DNA of 64,000 nucleotides, taken from positions 46,428 to 110,427 of the forward strand of contig JBHLOC010000008.1 of the NCBI GenBank assembly GCA_048940925.1, read 5' to 3'. Source of the DNA: Promethearchaeota archaeon (GTDB taxonomy: Archaea > Asgardarchaeota > Lokiarchaeia > Sigyniarchaeales > SOKP01). Positions 10,861 to 20,744 of this stretch are shown piece by piece. The notes beneath the pieces are model-generated. The model was not told where the DNA came from. It did no database searches and saw only the letters and a program-made list of their open reading frames with translations. Positions within the stretch are counted from its first letter, which is position 1. Every line of letters starts with the position of its first letter. A program made the position numbers and the translations under genes.

Positions 10861-11871
10861 ATGAAATCTTCTGCAATTGCCCATTCAAATATAGCGTTGA
10901 TAAAATATTGGGGTCATTGGGATAAAGTTTCCCCCGAATTAAATATACCTTTAAATGATAGCGTAAGCATGACAAAATATGGGCTATCAGAAAATACTCA
11001 CTTACAAGCTCATACAACAATTGAATTCTCAGAGAATTTCAAAGAAAATCAGGCAATATTAAATAATAACCTTTTGAAAGGAAGAGATTTAGAAAGAATA
11101 TTAAAAATCATAAATCCATTAAAAAAACTGAAAAAAATTGATTACAATTTTAAAATGGTGAGTTTTAATGATTTTCCCACCCAAGCAGGTCTAGCATCTT
11201 CCGCAGCTGGGTTTGCTGCACTTACCATTGCCACTGCAAAAGCTTTGGATTTGGATCTAGCCCAAAAAGAATTATCAACATTTGCTAGATTAGGTTCTGG
11301 TTCTGCAGCACGCTCAATTCATGGTGGGTTTGTATATTGGCATCGTGGTTTCTCCCATGAGACTTCTTATACTGAGCAGATATGTAGTTCAGAACACTTT
11401 GATATAAATGCAGTTATTGCAATAGTTGATGAAGGAAGAAAGGATGTCACCTCTGACCTTGGACATGAATTAGCAAAGACAAGTATATTTAATGCAATTC
11501 GAGTTAAAAAATCGCATGAAGAAGCTAAAGAAATTAAGAGTGCAATTCTAGACGATGATTTTAAGAAAGTTGGAATGATTGCTGAGAAAAATTGCTTATA
11601 TATGCATGCTGTAATGATGACTTCTGAACCCGCTTTATTTTATTGGAATCCACTTACTTTAAAAGTAATAAAGAAAGTGTTGTATATACGAAAATCAGAA
11701 AAAATAGATTGCTTCTTTACAATCGATGCAGGTCCAAATGTACATTGTTTTTGCAGACCAGAAAATATTGATTGTATTCAAAAAATGCTAGGATCTATAG
11801 AAGGTATTGAAAAAACTATCCTTATAAAACCTGCTAATGATTCTTATCCGACAAATGAACATTTGTTTTAA
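10861..11871 (+). CDS. mvaD: GHMP-family (di)phosphomevalonate decarboxylase
   Basis: NIALIKYWG, GLASSAAG, RLGSGSAARS and TIDAGPNVH motifs. Confidence 0.9.
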   Translation: MKSSAIAHSNIALIKYWGHWDKVSPELNIPLNDSVSMTKYGLSENTHLQAHTTIEFSENFKENQAILNNNLLKGRDLERILKIINPLKKLKKIDYNFKMVSFNDFPTQAGLASSAAGFAALTIATAKALDLDLAQKELSTFARLGSGSAARSIHGGFVYWHRGFSHETSYTEQICSSEHFDINAVIAIVDEGRKDVTSDLGHELAKTSIFNAIRVKKSHEEAKEIKSAILDDDFKKVGMIAEKNCLYMHAVMMTSEPALFYWNPLTLKVIKKVLYIRKSEKIDCFFTIDAGPNVHCFCRPENIDCIQKMLGSIEGIEKTILIKPANDSYPTNEHLF

Positions 11872-12014
11872 AAATATACATAATTAGTATCTCTCTGATC
11901 CAACTGTTCAAATAAAATTAAAAATTATCAAAATAAGTTATAGGTTAAGAAATTTAAATAGATTTGAATATTTTCAAATTTTATCATATCATACAAAATT
12001 AATTGGTGAAAAAT

Positions 12015-12981
12015 TTGGGAACTGGAAAAGGCTTTGGAAAGACCATACTTTTTGGCGAAATTTTATCCCTCTTTCAGGTATAAACGCAAACATTTTGTAG
12101 TGTATGGCTTACCAGCAATTGCTTCAGCATTAAGTTCTTTTACTACAGCTAAAGTAAAAGTTGTTAAAGGAAATGGTTGGGTGGTTGATGATCAAAGACC
12201 TGCTACACCTGGATATAAGGAACAAAAATATAATGATGCTATGCAATCTATTGTAAATGTGATTCAGCATTTAAACATTGATTCGGAGAATCAAAAACTT
12301 GAAATAACTTTTGCTGGTGACTTAATAGCTGCGAGTGGTGTCGGTGCATCGGCAGCTCAATGTACTTCTTTAGCTCGTGCAATAAATAATACTTTTAATC
12401 TAAACCTAAATAATGAAGAGATTAACGAAGCAGCATATGAAGGAGAGAAAGCATATCATGGGACGCCATCAGGAATTGATAATACAGCTTCTACATATGG
12501 TGGTTTGATTTGGTTCATTAAGAATTTAAGCGGTGGAAAGAATAAGATGGATTTACTACAATCACCAAAAAGGATCCCCCTTGTGATCGGGAATACTGGA
12601 ATAACTGCCTCGACTACAGAGGTTGTTTCGGATGTAAGAAGCCAAAAAGAAGAAAATCCAGAAAAGTATGAGAAAATCTTTAATGACTATAAAATATTAG
12701 CAACTAAAGCAAAGGATGCGTTATTAAGGGGTGATATCAATGAGATTGGAAGACTTATGAATCAAAATCATAAATTATTACAAGATATAACCGTATCTGG
12801 AGAATTAAATGATAAATTAGTGGATGTAGCACTTAAAAATGGTGCTGTTGGTGCAAAAATGACTGGAACTGGACGTGGAGGCTTGATAATAGCATTAGCT
12901 GAAAATGAAGAAATACAAGGGCAAATAGCAAATGCAATCAAGAGAGAGGGATATGATGCTTGGGAAACTATGATTGGATGA
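12015..12981 (+). CDS. mvk: Mevalonate kinase, spliced: exons 12015-12059 and 12091-12981 (311 aa)
   Basis: GGTGA SD then TTG start gives MGTGKGFGKTILFGE; removing 31 nt joins it to HFVVYGLPAIA, restoring the GKxILFGEH motif. SGVGASAA, HGTPSGIDN and KMTGTGRGG motifs follow. Confidence 0.9.
12060..12090 (+). other. Putative BHB-type mRNA intron (31 nt) in mvk
   Basis: GGCG AA|A TTTTATCCCTCTTTCAGGTATAAA CGCA AA|C; it shifts the frame and contains an in-frame TAA. Confidence 0.8.
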
Positions 12982-13030
12982 GAAAAAAGTTACCTAAAAT
13001 TAAACACTCTGAAATTATATTTTATTTATC

Positions 13031-13735
13031 ATGAATGATCTCGACCTTGATATTCGACCAATCACTATGGACGAATGGTTACCAGATCGTTGTCTCGGAG
13101 GTGGCAAACCAATTGATCCTTCCAAACTCACACTTCAAGCTGGCTGCACCAGTCTTTGCTTGTTCTATACCGCTACCGCACTAGGGATATCACGTCAAGA
13201 ATCACTTACTCAACCAGCAGATGAAATTAAGAAAAAGGCTGATCGAGAACCTGCATGTCGTAGCATGTTGGTTGAATTATATCGTGAAACAATCGAAAAA
13301 CATGGAGGTTGTGGTTTTGTTGCTTGGTATGAAGGTAAAATCGTAGGGTACCATAATTTCTTCCCTCGGAATATTGCACGCAGGATTAAGTTCTTTGGTT
13401 GGGGAGAAGATATTGACAGTTCTAAACTAACACTCATACACAATTGCATTACCCATATACGTGGAGATTACCGTCGTAAGAAGATTGGAACACGACTTGC
13501 CCGGACATCCTTGACATGGGCGAAAGAAAACGGATGGGAACGGTTTGAGGTACATCTTGTACTCCCGGACGTTGAAAATGGTTTCCGCAATGAGCAAAAG
13601 TCATGTCGTACCTTCTGGGAAAAACTGGGATTGACGGTATTTAGAACATTTTCTTCAGATGAAGAAACACAAAAAGTTTATGGTGTACCAGTCCGACACT
13701 CTATGGCGGTTGATCTGACAACGTGGAAACCCTGA
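13031..13735 (+). CDS. GNAT-family acetyltransferase
   Basis: YRRKKIGTRL acetyl-CoA motif A and FWEKLG; GC visibly higher than the flanks. Confidence 0.75.
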   Translation: MNDLDLDIRPITMDEWLPDRCLGGGKPIDPSKLTLQAGCTSLCLFYTATALGISRQESLTQPADEIKKKADREPACRSMLVELYRETIEKHGGCGFVAWYEGKIVGYHNFFPRNIARRIKFFGWGEDIDSSKLTLIHNCITHIRGDYRRKKIGTRLARTSLTWAKENGWERFEVHLVLPDVENGFRNEQKSCRTFWEKLGLTVFRTFSSDEETQKVYGVPVRHSMAVDLTTWKP

Positions 13736-13874
13736 AACTCCCAACATTAATAATATAAATAATAATTGAAAGAAATTAAATCTAAATATTACAGGTTTTA
13801 TGTAATATCTTTGATTAAAAAATTTGTGGATTTATAGCTTAACAAAGAAGACCTGTTAAATTATTCCTTATTAA

Positions 13875-14086
13875 GATATAGGAGGATTTGCTTATAACTT
13901 CCTTCGTTCTGCATGGAAAGACCGAAAAGAAAATTCCATTTCTAATACTGTTAAAGAAATAAAAATTTTAAAAAATGAATTAAGATCTCGTGTATGGTTA
14001 ATGAATTTAGATAAGATTGAAAAATTAATAGGTAGACGAGATAAATATGTTATTTTTGGGGTTTATATAGGTGGTTTCATCAATAG
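13875..14086 (+). pseudogene. C-terminal remnant of a second type 2 IPP isomerase gene
   Basis: Reads DIGGFAYNFLRSAWKDRKENSISNTVKEIKILKNELRSRVWLMN...(frameshift)LYRWFHQ*, which aligns with the end of 20745-22643 (NIGGFAFKFLKTAWKDYK...ELRSSLWLMN...LYQWINQ*). No start codon. Confidence 0.85.
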
Positions 14087-14088
14087 CT

Positions 14089-14640
14089 CTATACTGATCC
14101 CCATCTTTTTATATTGGTTTCTAAACCTATCTGGTCAAGTATTCTTCCTACAGTATGTTCAATTAATTCAGTAACATCTTTAGGTTTAATATAGTAAGAA
14201 GGAACAGGTGGAGCGATTATAACTCCTAACCTCGCCAGTTTTAGCATATTTTCTAAATGAATTGCATTTAATGGACTTTCTCTTACAACTAATATGAGTT
14301 TTCTTTGTTCTTTTATCATTACATCTGCTGCCCGAGTAATCAAATTATCTGCATATCCGTTTGCAATTGCTGCTAATGTTTTCATTGAACAAGGCACTAT
14401 AATCATATTCTCTATTTTGTATGAGCCACTCGCTGGTGGAGCAGCCAAATCGTCTACTGTGTAATTCTTTGAAGCTAAATTACGGATCTTAGAAATAGAG
14501 TAATCTGTTTCAAGCTCAATTATTTTTTGAGCACTATCAGATATAATTAATTCTCGGTTAATTTCATTTTCTTTAAGGATTTCTAATAATCGTATGGCAA
14601 TTTGAACACCAGTTGCCCCTGAAATCGCAATTAACACCAT
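14089..14640 (-). CDS. ubiX: Flavin prenyltransferase UbiX
   Basis: ISGATG, ASGS, PCSMKTLA, NLITRAADV and RESPL motifs. Confidence 0.95.
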   Translation of the reverse strand: MVLIAISGATGVQIAIRLLEILKENEINRELIISDSAQKIIELETDYSISKIRNLASKNYTVDDLAAPPASGSYKIENMIIVPCSMKTLAAIANGYADNLITRAADVMIKEQRKLILVVRESPLNAIHLENMLKLARLGVIIAPPVPSYYIKPKDVTELIEHTVGRILDQIGLETNIKRWGSV

Positions 14641-14892
14641 AAGTTTGAAGTAGACCTTAATTTTTGTCTAATAAAATGTTTCAATTATTTTTAGGTTTTT
14701 CTAATTTTTATTATAATTCCGAAATCTAAAATGATAATCAACCTAATAAAATTTTATAATATTTAATTTAAAACAAAAAATAATGTCATTTTAAGCTTTA
14801 TAATAAAATTTAGTAATTCTCCAATCTCTATATGCATTAGTAAATGTTCTTCTTTTTCCTTTACATAAATAGAATTATTTAGCTATAATAAA

Positions 14893-16260
14893 GTGAAATT
14901 ATTTATTATTACAAATAACCAAATTGAGGAAATTCAAAAACTAATAAAAATAGAAATTGACTCCTATTACTCCAAATGTAAAAAACCTAATAGTTATTCT
15001 CAGATAGCTAAAGATCTCGGATTTAGCCCTCCGACTATTCGTAAATATGCAAAGAGATATTTAATTAGAGAATATGGAGAAAATGGTGGTTTAGAATTAT
15101 ACAATCAATACAAAAAGTTAAGTCGTAAAACACCAAATAAATGGACTTATGAGTATTTACAGGAATTAGCAAAAAGAAGAGGATTAGAAGAAAATAACAT
15201 TGAAGGAAAGTTAATTACAACTAAAGATGAATTTTTCGAATCTATAAAAAGTCAATATCCAAGTGGTGTTAAGTTAAAATGGTGGTGTGGAAAAAAAAAT
15301 CATGACCCATGGGAAACTTCTGGGAGTGAGGTAAAACGTAGTTGGTGTCCTAGATGTTTTAGAGAAAGAGTGAGCTTTTCATATAGTTATCTACATGCTT
15401 TAGCAAAAAAAAGAGGTTTTGAAGAAACTCGAATCGAAGGGATACTTATTACAAATAGGAAAGAATTCGCAAGACTAATAAAAAAAGGTATCGAGCCAAG
15501 TAAAATAAAATTAAAATGGTGTTGTTGCATAAAAGATCATAATCCTTGGGAAGCTTCAGCTAAAGATATAAAAGGATATAACTCAAGAAAAGGATCTTGG
15601 TGCCCTAGATGTGCTATAGAAAAGAATAGTCTTTCATATGAAGACCTACGAGCTCTAGCCAAGAAAAGGGGCATTGAAGAGACAGGAATAAAAGGAACGC
15701 TTATTACTAGTAAGCAAAAGTTCGAGAAATTAGCAAAAAGAGGTACTGAGCCAAGTAAAACAAAACTAAAGTGGTGGTGCTGTAATAAAGATCATGAACC
15801 ATGGAAAGCTACTCCTAATAGCATAAGCAGAGGGACTTGGTGTCCGTATTGTTCACAAGGTAAGTATGAAAGGATTTGTCGCCGTTTTTTCCAGATAATA
15901 TTTAAAGAGAAATTTCGGAAAATTTCGTTATCAAATTTAATTAAGGATAGCGATATAAAAATGCACTTAGATGGGTATGCTAAAGTAAACATTCATGGTA
16001 AATTGATAAAACTAGCCTTTGAATACAATGGATATCAACATTACATATGGCCCAATGTGTACCATAACACTGTACAAAAATTCCTTGAACAGCAAGACCG
16101 AGATATTCTAAAAAGAAAAATATGTGAAGAAAATGGAATCATTCTAATCGAGTTTCCATATAAGATAAGTCCTAGGATGAAAGAACCTGAAAAAATAAAG
16201 AATTTTATCATTAGTGGATTTGAGAATAAAACAGGTATAAAATTACCAAAATTACAATAA
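14893..16260 (+). CDS. HTH + 3x zinc-ribbon repeat + PD-(D/E)xK endonuclease protein (homing/restriction-endonuclease-like)
   Basis: N-terminal SYSQIAKDLGFSPPTI HTH; three ~80-aa repeats with KWWC..H.PW...WCPxC; C-terminal HLDGY...AFEYNGYQHY. Confidence 0.75.
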   Translation: MKLFIITNNQIEEIQKLIKIEIDSYYSKCKKPNSYSQIAKDLGFSPPTIRKYAKRYLIREYGENGGLELYNQYKKLSRKTPNKWTYEYLQELAKRRGLEENNIEGKLITTKDEFFESIKSQYPSGVKLKWWCGKKNHDPWETSGSEVKRSWCPRCFRERVSFSYSYLHALAKKRGFEETRIEGILITNRKEFARLIKKGIEPSKIKLKWCCCIKDHNPWEASAKDIKGYNSRKGSWCPRCAIEKNSLSYEDLRALAKKRGIEETGIKGTLITSKQKFEKLAKRGTEPSKTKLKWWCCNKDHEPWKATPNSISRGTWCPYCSQGKYERICRRFFQIIFKEKFRKISLSNLIKDSDIKMHLDGYAKVNIHGKLIKLAFEYNGYQHYIWPNVYHNTVQKFLEQQDRDILKRKICEENGIILIEFPYKISPRMKEPEKIKNFIISGFENKTGIKLPKLQ

Positions 16261-16314
16261 CATAACTGTTCAAACTAGTAAATCTATTTTTAAGGTGTGA
16301 TAGAAATGCAAGAA

Positions 16315-17421
16315 TTAAATAAGTCCCCTTGCGACAATTTGCGATGACCTATATTTTTCCCACAGTGATAAAAATTTCTTCAATGTCTCATCACTTGTAT
16401 AAATTCTATTTCTTGCCTCTCTTTTAGCTTTTAATATTTTAAGAAACCTTTTATCTAAATTTCGGATATAATAATCGCCTAATTTGTCTAATCTATCTCT
16501 TTTTTCCCCTAGTTTGATAGTATCTATCGCAATCTCACCTGACATCATTGCATAAGGGATCCCTTTACCACTTATTGGATCTACAAATCCTCCAGCATCC
16601 CCTACAGCAAACACATTTTCTTTGTATAGCTGTTGTTTTAATCCAACTGGAATCAAATGAGGTTTGAAAATTTCCAGTGTTGCATCTTTTAAAGCTTGTT
16701 TTACGAAGGGGAGTGAAATGAATTTATCAAACTCTTTTCTTGAATTTTTTATTAAATTAATTTGATTACCCCAACCTACGGTAATAGTTTCCGCTTTTGG
16801 GAATAACCATGAATAACCAATAGGTATTAAATTCTCAATTCCAAAAAACAAATGTACAGTGTCATCCCCGAGAACTTCAGCAATTTTTGATTTAGTGCTT
16901 TTCATTTCTTTAGTGATCGTTAAAATAATATTAGTATTGTTAAAATTCGGCCAATTTAGTGATTTCAACGTTGGGGATGTAACCCCATCAGCGGCTATTA
17001 CATATTTAGAAGTATATGTATCTTTTTTAGTCGTTATAAGGTATGAATCCCCTTTTCTATCTATACTAATTAATGGTTCGTCTTCTTTTAGAATTGCTCC
17101 GCAATCTACAGCCCAATCTGTTAAAAATTTATCAAATGTGCTTCGCCAAATGACAGCACCTTTACCTTTTTTAGAGTAATCTTCTCCATCAACATGATGT
17201 AGTTCTAAAGATTCTATTATACGACTAATTTTTTCTTCAGGATAATCAATTTCTTCTACTAATTCCCAAGCTATAGCCCCTCCACATGCCTTATATCGAC
17301 CTTCTTTATTTAATTTCTCTTTCTCAAGTATACATGTTGAATATCCATTATCTGCTGCAATCTTTCCTGCAACTGATCCTCCTGGACCTGCCCCAACAAC
17401 CAAAATATCAAAATTGTTCAT
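16315..17421 (-). CDS. Geranylgeranyl reductase family FAD oxidoreductase
   Basis: VVGAGPGG, KACGG, AADG, GYSWLFPK and GDAGGFVDPISGKGI motifs; ATG at 17421 preferred. Confidence 0.88.
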   Translation of the reverse strand: MNNFDILVVGAGPGGSVAGKIAADNGYSTCILEKEKLNKEGRYKACGGAIAWELVEEIDYPEEKISRIIESLELHHVDGEDYSKKGKGAVIWRSTFDKFLTDWAVDCGAILKEDEPLISIDRKGDSYLITTKKDTYTSKYVIAADGVTSPTLKSLNWPNFNNTNIILTITKEMKSTKSKIAEVLGDDTVHLFFGIENLIPIGYSWLFPKAETITVGWGNQINLIKNSRKEFDKFISLPFVKQALKDATLEIFKPHLIPVGLKQQLYKENVFAVGDAGGFVDPISGKGIPYAMMSGEIAIDTIKLGEKRDRLDKLGDYYIRNLDKRFLKILKAKREARNRIYTSDETLKKFLSLWEKYRSSQIVARGLI

Positions 17422-17526
17422 AAGGATTTTCTCTATTTTTATGAGATTCTTATAAGAAAGTGAAGCTGTATTAAAAATATTATACAATAATACATACTTA
17501 TTTTGAAATTTCTATTTATAAAAAAA

Positions 17527-18333
17527 CTAATCTTTTTGCTCAGTAAGAAAAGAAAGCAAAATATTGTTGAATTCATCAGAATTTTCCATATTACTCATAT
17601 GTCCTGCACCGCTGATTATTACTTTTTTCGCTCCCTTTATTCCAGAGCTAAGGATATTAGCATTTTCTTGAAATTGCGGGATATCAAGTTCACCAACTAT
17701 TATAAGGGTCGGTATGTTTATTTCACTTAGTCTTTTTTCAGGAGGAGGTCTCGGAGCGATAGCATTTGTTGCTTTAAGAAAGAATGCGCCTTGACCTTGC
17801 GCAACATGTCCATTCAATACCATTTCTTCCATCCTTTTTTTAACATTAGGAATCCTCATTGCCGGTTCAAAAAGAGGGTCACTCAACCAGTCTTTAAGGG
17901 CAGATTTCAAGTCTTGATTAATACCTTTCATAATATAGTTAAAAATTCGTTTATCGCATTCGCGTGAAGGATTAAAGGTGATGGCAGAGTCTGCAACGAC
18001 TAATGAGTGCACCAATTCTGGATATTCTATCGTAAAAATGGTTGCTACATGCCCACCCATAGATAAACCCACAACATGAGCGGAATCTATTTTTAAGGTT
18101 TCAAATAATCCCTTAAGATCATCTTCTTGTTTAAAGCGGTTGGAAACTCCTTCAGATCGACCATGACCCCTCTGATCGAATCGTATTACTTGGTAAGATT
18201 TAGCAAGCAAATCAAACTGGTCATTCCACATTCGATTATCAAGAGTAAAACCATGGATAAGAACCACAACTTCACCCTCTCCTTTTTTTTCATAAAATAA
18301 TTCGGGTTTTTTATTTCCTTCATCGCTACTCAT
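17527..18333 (-). CDS. Alpha/beta hydrolase
   Basis: LIHG, DQRGHG, GLSMGG nucleophile, GELD and AGH motifs. Confidence 0.9.
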   Translation of the reverse strand: MSSDEGNKKPELFYEKKGEGEVVVLIHGFTLDNRMWNDQFDLLAKSYQVIRFDQRGHGRSEGVSNRFKQEDDLKGLFETLKIDSAHVVGLSMGGHVATIFTIEYPELVHSLVVADSAITFNPSRECDKRIFNYIMKGINQDLKSALKDWLSDPLFEPAMRIPNVKKRMEEMVLNGHVAQGQGAFFLKATNAIAPRPPPEKRLSEINIPTLIIVGELDIPQFQENANILSSGIKGAKKVIISGAGHMSNMENSDEFNNILLSFLTEQKD

Positions 18334-18420
18334 AGTAATACAGCTCTTAGAAAGATTGTAATTATAGAAACCTGTATGGTTTTTAAATTTTAGCTTCAGA
18401 GTATATTTAAACATTTTCAT

Positions 18421-20094
18421 TTATGAAAATTTAAGTATTGCTCCTTTCGAAGCAGAAGAGACAAGATGTCTGTATTTTAAAAGTGCTTTGCTTCTAATAT
18501 CTTTTTCAAAGGGTTTCCATTTTTTTAATCTTTCTTGAATTTCTTCATTTGAAATCTCTATGTCAAGTCTTCTATTAGGTATATCAATCTTGATTAAATC
18601 CCCATCTCTCACTAAAGCAATTGGTCCTCCGACGTATGCTTCTGGAGTCACATGACCAATACAAGGACCTGAAGTATACCCTGAAAAACGTCCATCAGTA
18701 ATCAATGCAACTTTATCTAATTTGGGTTTGCCTACTAAAGTCATAGTTACAGCAAGTAATTCAGGCATACCAGGACCTCCTTTCGGACCCTCATACCGAA
18801 CAATAAGTATAGAATTATTTTGAATTTGTTCAGATGTTAGAGCGTCAAGAACATCTTGTTCTGAATTAAAACATAATGCTGGTCCATCGAATTTCAACAT
18901 ATGCTTATTTTTAATTGCCGATTGCTTAACAATAGCCCCTTCTGGTGCTAGAGTGCCCTTTAATACTACAGTTCCTCCTTCAGGGAAAATAGGATTAGTC
19001 AAAGGTCGTATTATATTTTCATCTAGAACTTCAATTTTTCTTATAATTTTTCCAATAGTTTTTCCAGAAACAGTTAAACAATCTAAATGAAGAAAGTCTT
19101 TTAATCTACTCATTACAGCAGGGATCCCTCCTGCTTTATATAAATCTGGAGTACCAAAATCTCCCGAGGGAGCAATATTTGCAATGGTTGGAATTTTTTT
19201 ATTATATTCATTAAATATTTCTAAATCAAGATCTATCCCCATCTCATTTGCAATTGCAGGAAGATGTAATGTTGAGTTCGTTGATCCTCCAATTGCTAAA
19301 TCTACTATTACAACATTTTCTAAAGAATCTTTGGTCATGATTTGAGATGGAGTTATGTTTTCTTTCAATAACTCAATTATTCTTTTTCCTGAATTTTTAG
19401 CAATCATATATTTCATTTGAGTCATTGCTGGGATAGTAGCAGCGTTTGGTAATGTCATTCCAAACGCTTCCATTAAACATTGAGTAGTATTTGCAGTACC
19501 CATGGCTTCACATGCTCCATATGTGGCACAAGTTATGCATCCAAACTTATGAGTAAAATCTTCATAAACATCCGTTGTAATACCTTTATAACCTGGCATG
19601 AATCTTACTTCATATAAATTAGATCCTCCTGGAACACATATAGTTGGGATATCTAATCGTACCGCTGCCATTAGAATTGCCGGGTTGATTTTATCGCAAC
19701 TAGATAAAGTAACCATAGCATCTAATCGATGTGCATCGGCCATTAATTCAATTGAATCAACTATTACCTCTCTATGGGGTAAAATAGAACGCATACCTAC
19801 ATTTCCCATAGCTATTCCATCACACGCTCCAATGGTACAGAACTCAAAGGGTACTCCTCCTGCTTCTATGATTCCATACTTTACTGCTTCGGCAAGAGTT
19901 CTTAAATGTTTATGACCTGGATTGAGCTCATTCCAAGTATTTACTACTCCTATGAAAGGTTTTTTATCAATATCTTGATCATCTAAACCTAAAGCCTTTA
20001 ATAATTCTACTTTACCATTTCTAAAAGGTGTCTTATCAATACCATCAAAAAGGCTTTTACTTCTTATTTTTAAGTTAACTTCTTCTTCATCCAT
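18421..20094 (-). CDS. ilvD: Dihydroxy-acid dehydratase (IlvD/Edd family)
   Basis: CDGIAMG, CDK, GTANT, GGSTN, YEGPKGGPGMPE, TDGRFSG and GHVTPEA motifs. Confidence 0.92.
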   Translation of the reverse strand: MDEEEVNLKIRSKSLFDGIDKTPFRNGKVELLKALGLDDQDIDKKPFIGVVNTWNELNPGHKHLRTLAEAVKYGIIEAGGVPFEFCTIGACDGIAMGNVGMRSILPHREVIVDSIELMADAHRLDAMVTLSSCDKINPAILMAAVRLDIPTICVPGGSNLYEVRFMPGYKGITTDVYEDFTHKFGCITCATYGACEAMGTANTTQCLMEAFGMTLPNAATIPAMTQMKYMIAKNSGKRIIELLKENITPSQIMTKDSLENVVIVDLAIGGSTNSTLHLPAIANEMGIDLDLEIFNEYNKKIPTIANIAPSGDFGTPDLYKAGGIPAVMSRLKDFLHLDCLTVSGKTIGKIIRKIEVLDENIIRPLTNPIFPEGGTVVLKGTLAPEGAIVKQSAIKNKHMLKFDGPALCFNSEQDVLDALTSEQIQNNSILIVRYEGPKGGPGMPELLAVTMTLVGKPKLDKVALITDGRFSGYTSGPCIGHVTPEAYVGGPIALVRDGDLIKIDIPNRRLDIEISNEEIQERLKKWKPFEKDIRSKALLKYRHLVSSASKGAILKFS

Positions 20095-20744
20095 TTCCTA
20101 TTCCTCTTTTTTTAATAATAAGTATGAAATAAACCAGTTCTAATTTTACTAATACTTTTCTTTTTAAATATCATATCAAATCTAAAATTAGTTTATCTTC
20201 AAATTGAAAAGATATTTAAAAGATAAAAAAAGAAACTATTTTTCTTATTATTATAAATCAATTTAATATCATAAACAATAAAATTTTTCATATGAAATAC
20301 TAAACTGGCTTTAAATCTTGATTTTTTTTTAAAATAACTTAAGATTAGAAGATGGAATTGGAAAATATATTAGCATTATTTATATTCAAAAAAATAGTCA
20401 AAAATTTAAGATTCACCTGGAAACATTTGAAATTAGGAATTTCTTAACTGGTATAAGTAAACATGAAACTGCTACAATGATTAATTATGATGAAGATTCA
20501 AGTTTTCTGTCATATCACGTTGCAAGTTTTTACTTTAGACTTCTTAGAGTTTTTATTGAATATAACTATAACTTTAGTGAAAAATCATGAACATTTTTAA
20601 AAATTGAATATAATGAAGTCTCCTCGCTAGAATCTAATTAATGTAAAATTGGTCCTTGGAAAATTAAAACCTTTAAATTCTAAAAAAAACATTCACTTTT
20701 AATGAATAAAAGATTTGTAAGATTTTTCTCATAAATTTATCAGG

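Noticed and set aside
10978-11014. 8-bp hairpin in mvaD at a small insertion
   Set aside because: No 4-bp central helix or bulges, and the frame is intact.
12034-12090. ORF-track N-terminus of mvk (MERPYFLAKFYPSFRYKRK)
   Set aside because: It lacks the GKxILFGE motif, which is present in another frame behind an SD; it is an artefact of reading through the intron.
20346-20590. Open stretch of about 80 codons between ilvD and the IPK-IDI2 gene
   Set aside because: No suitable start and no recognisable motif; at most a gene remnant.
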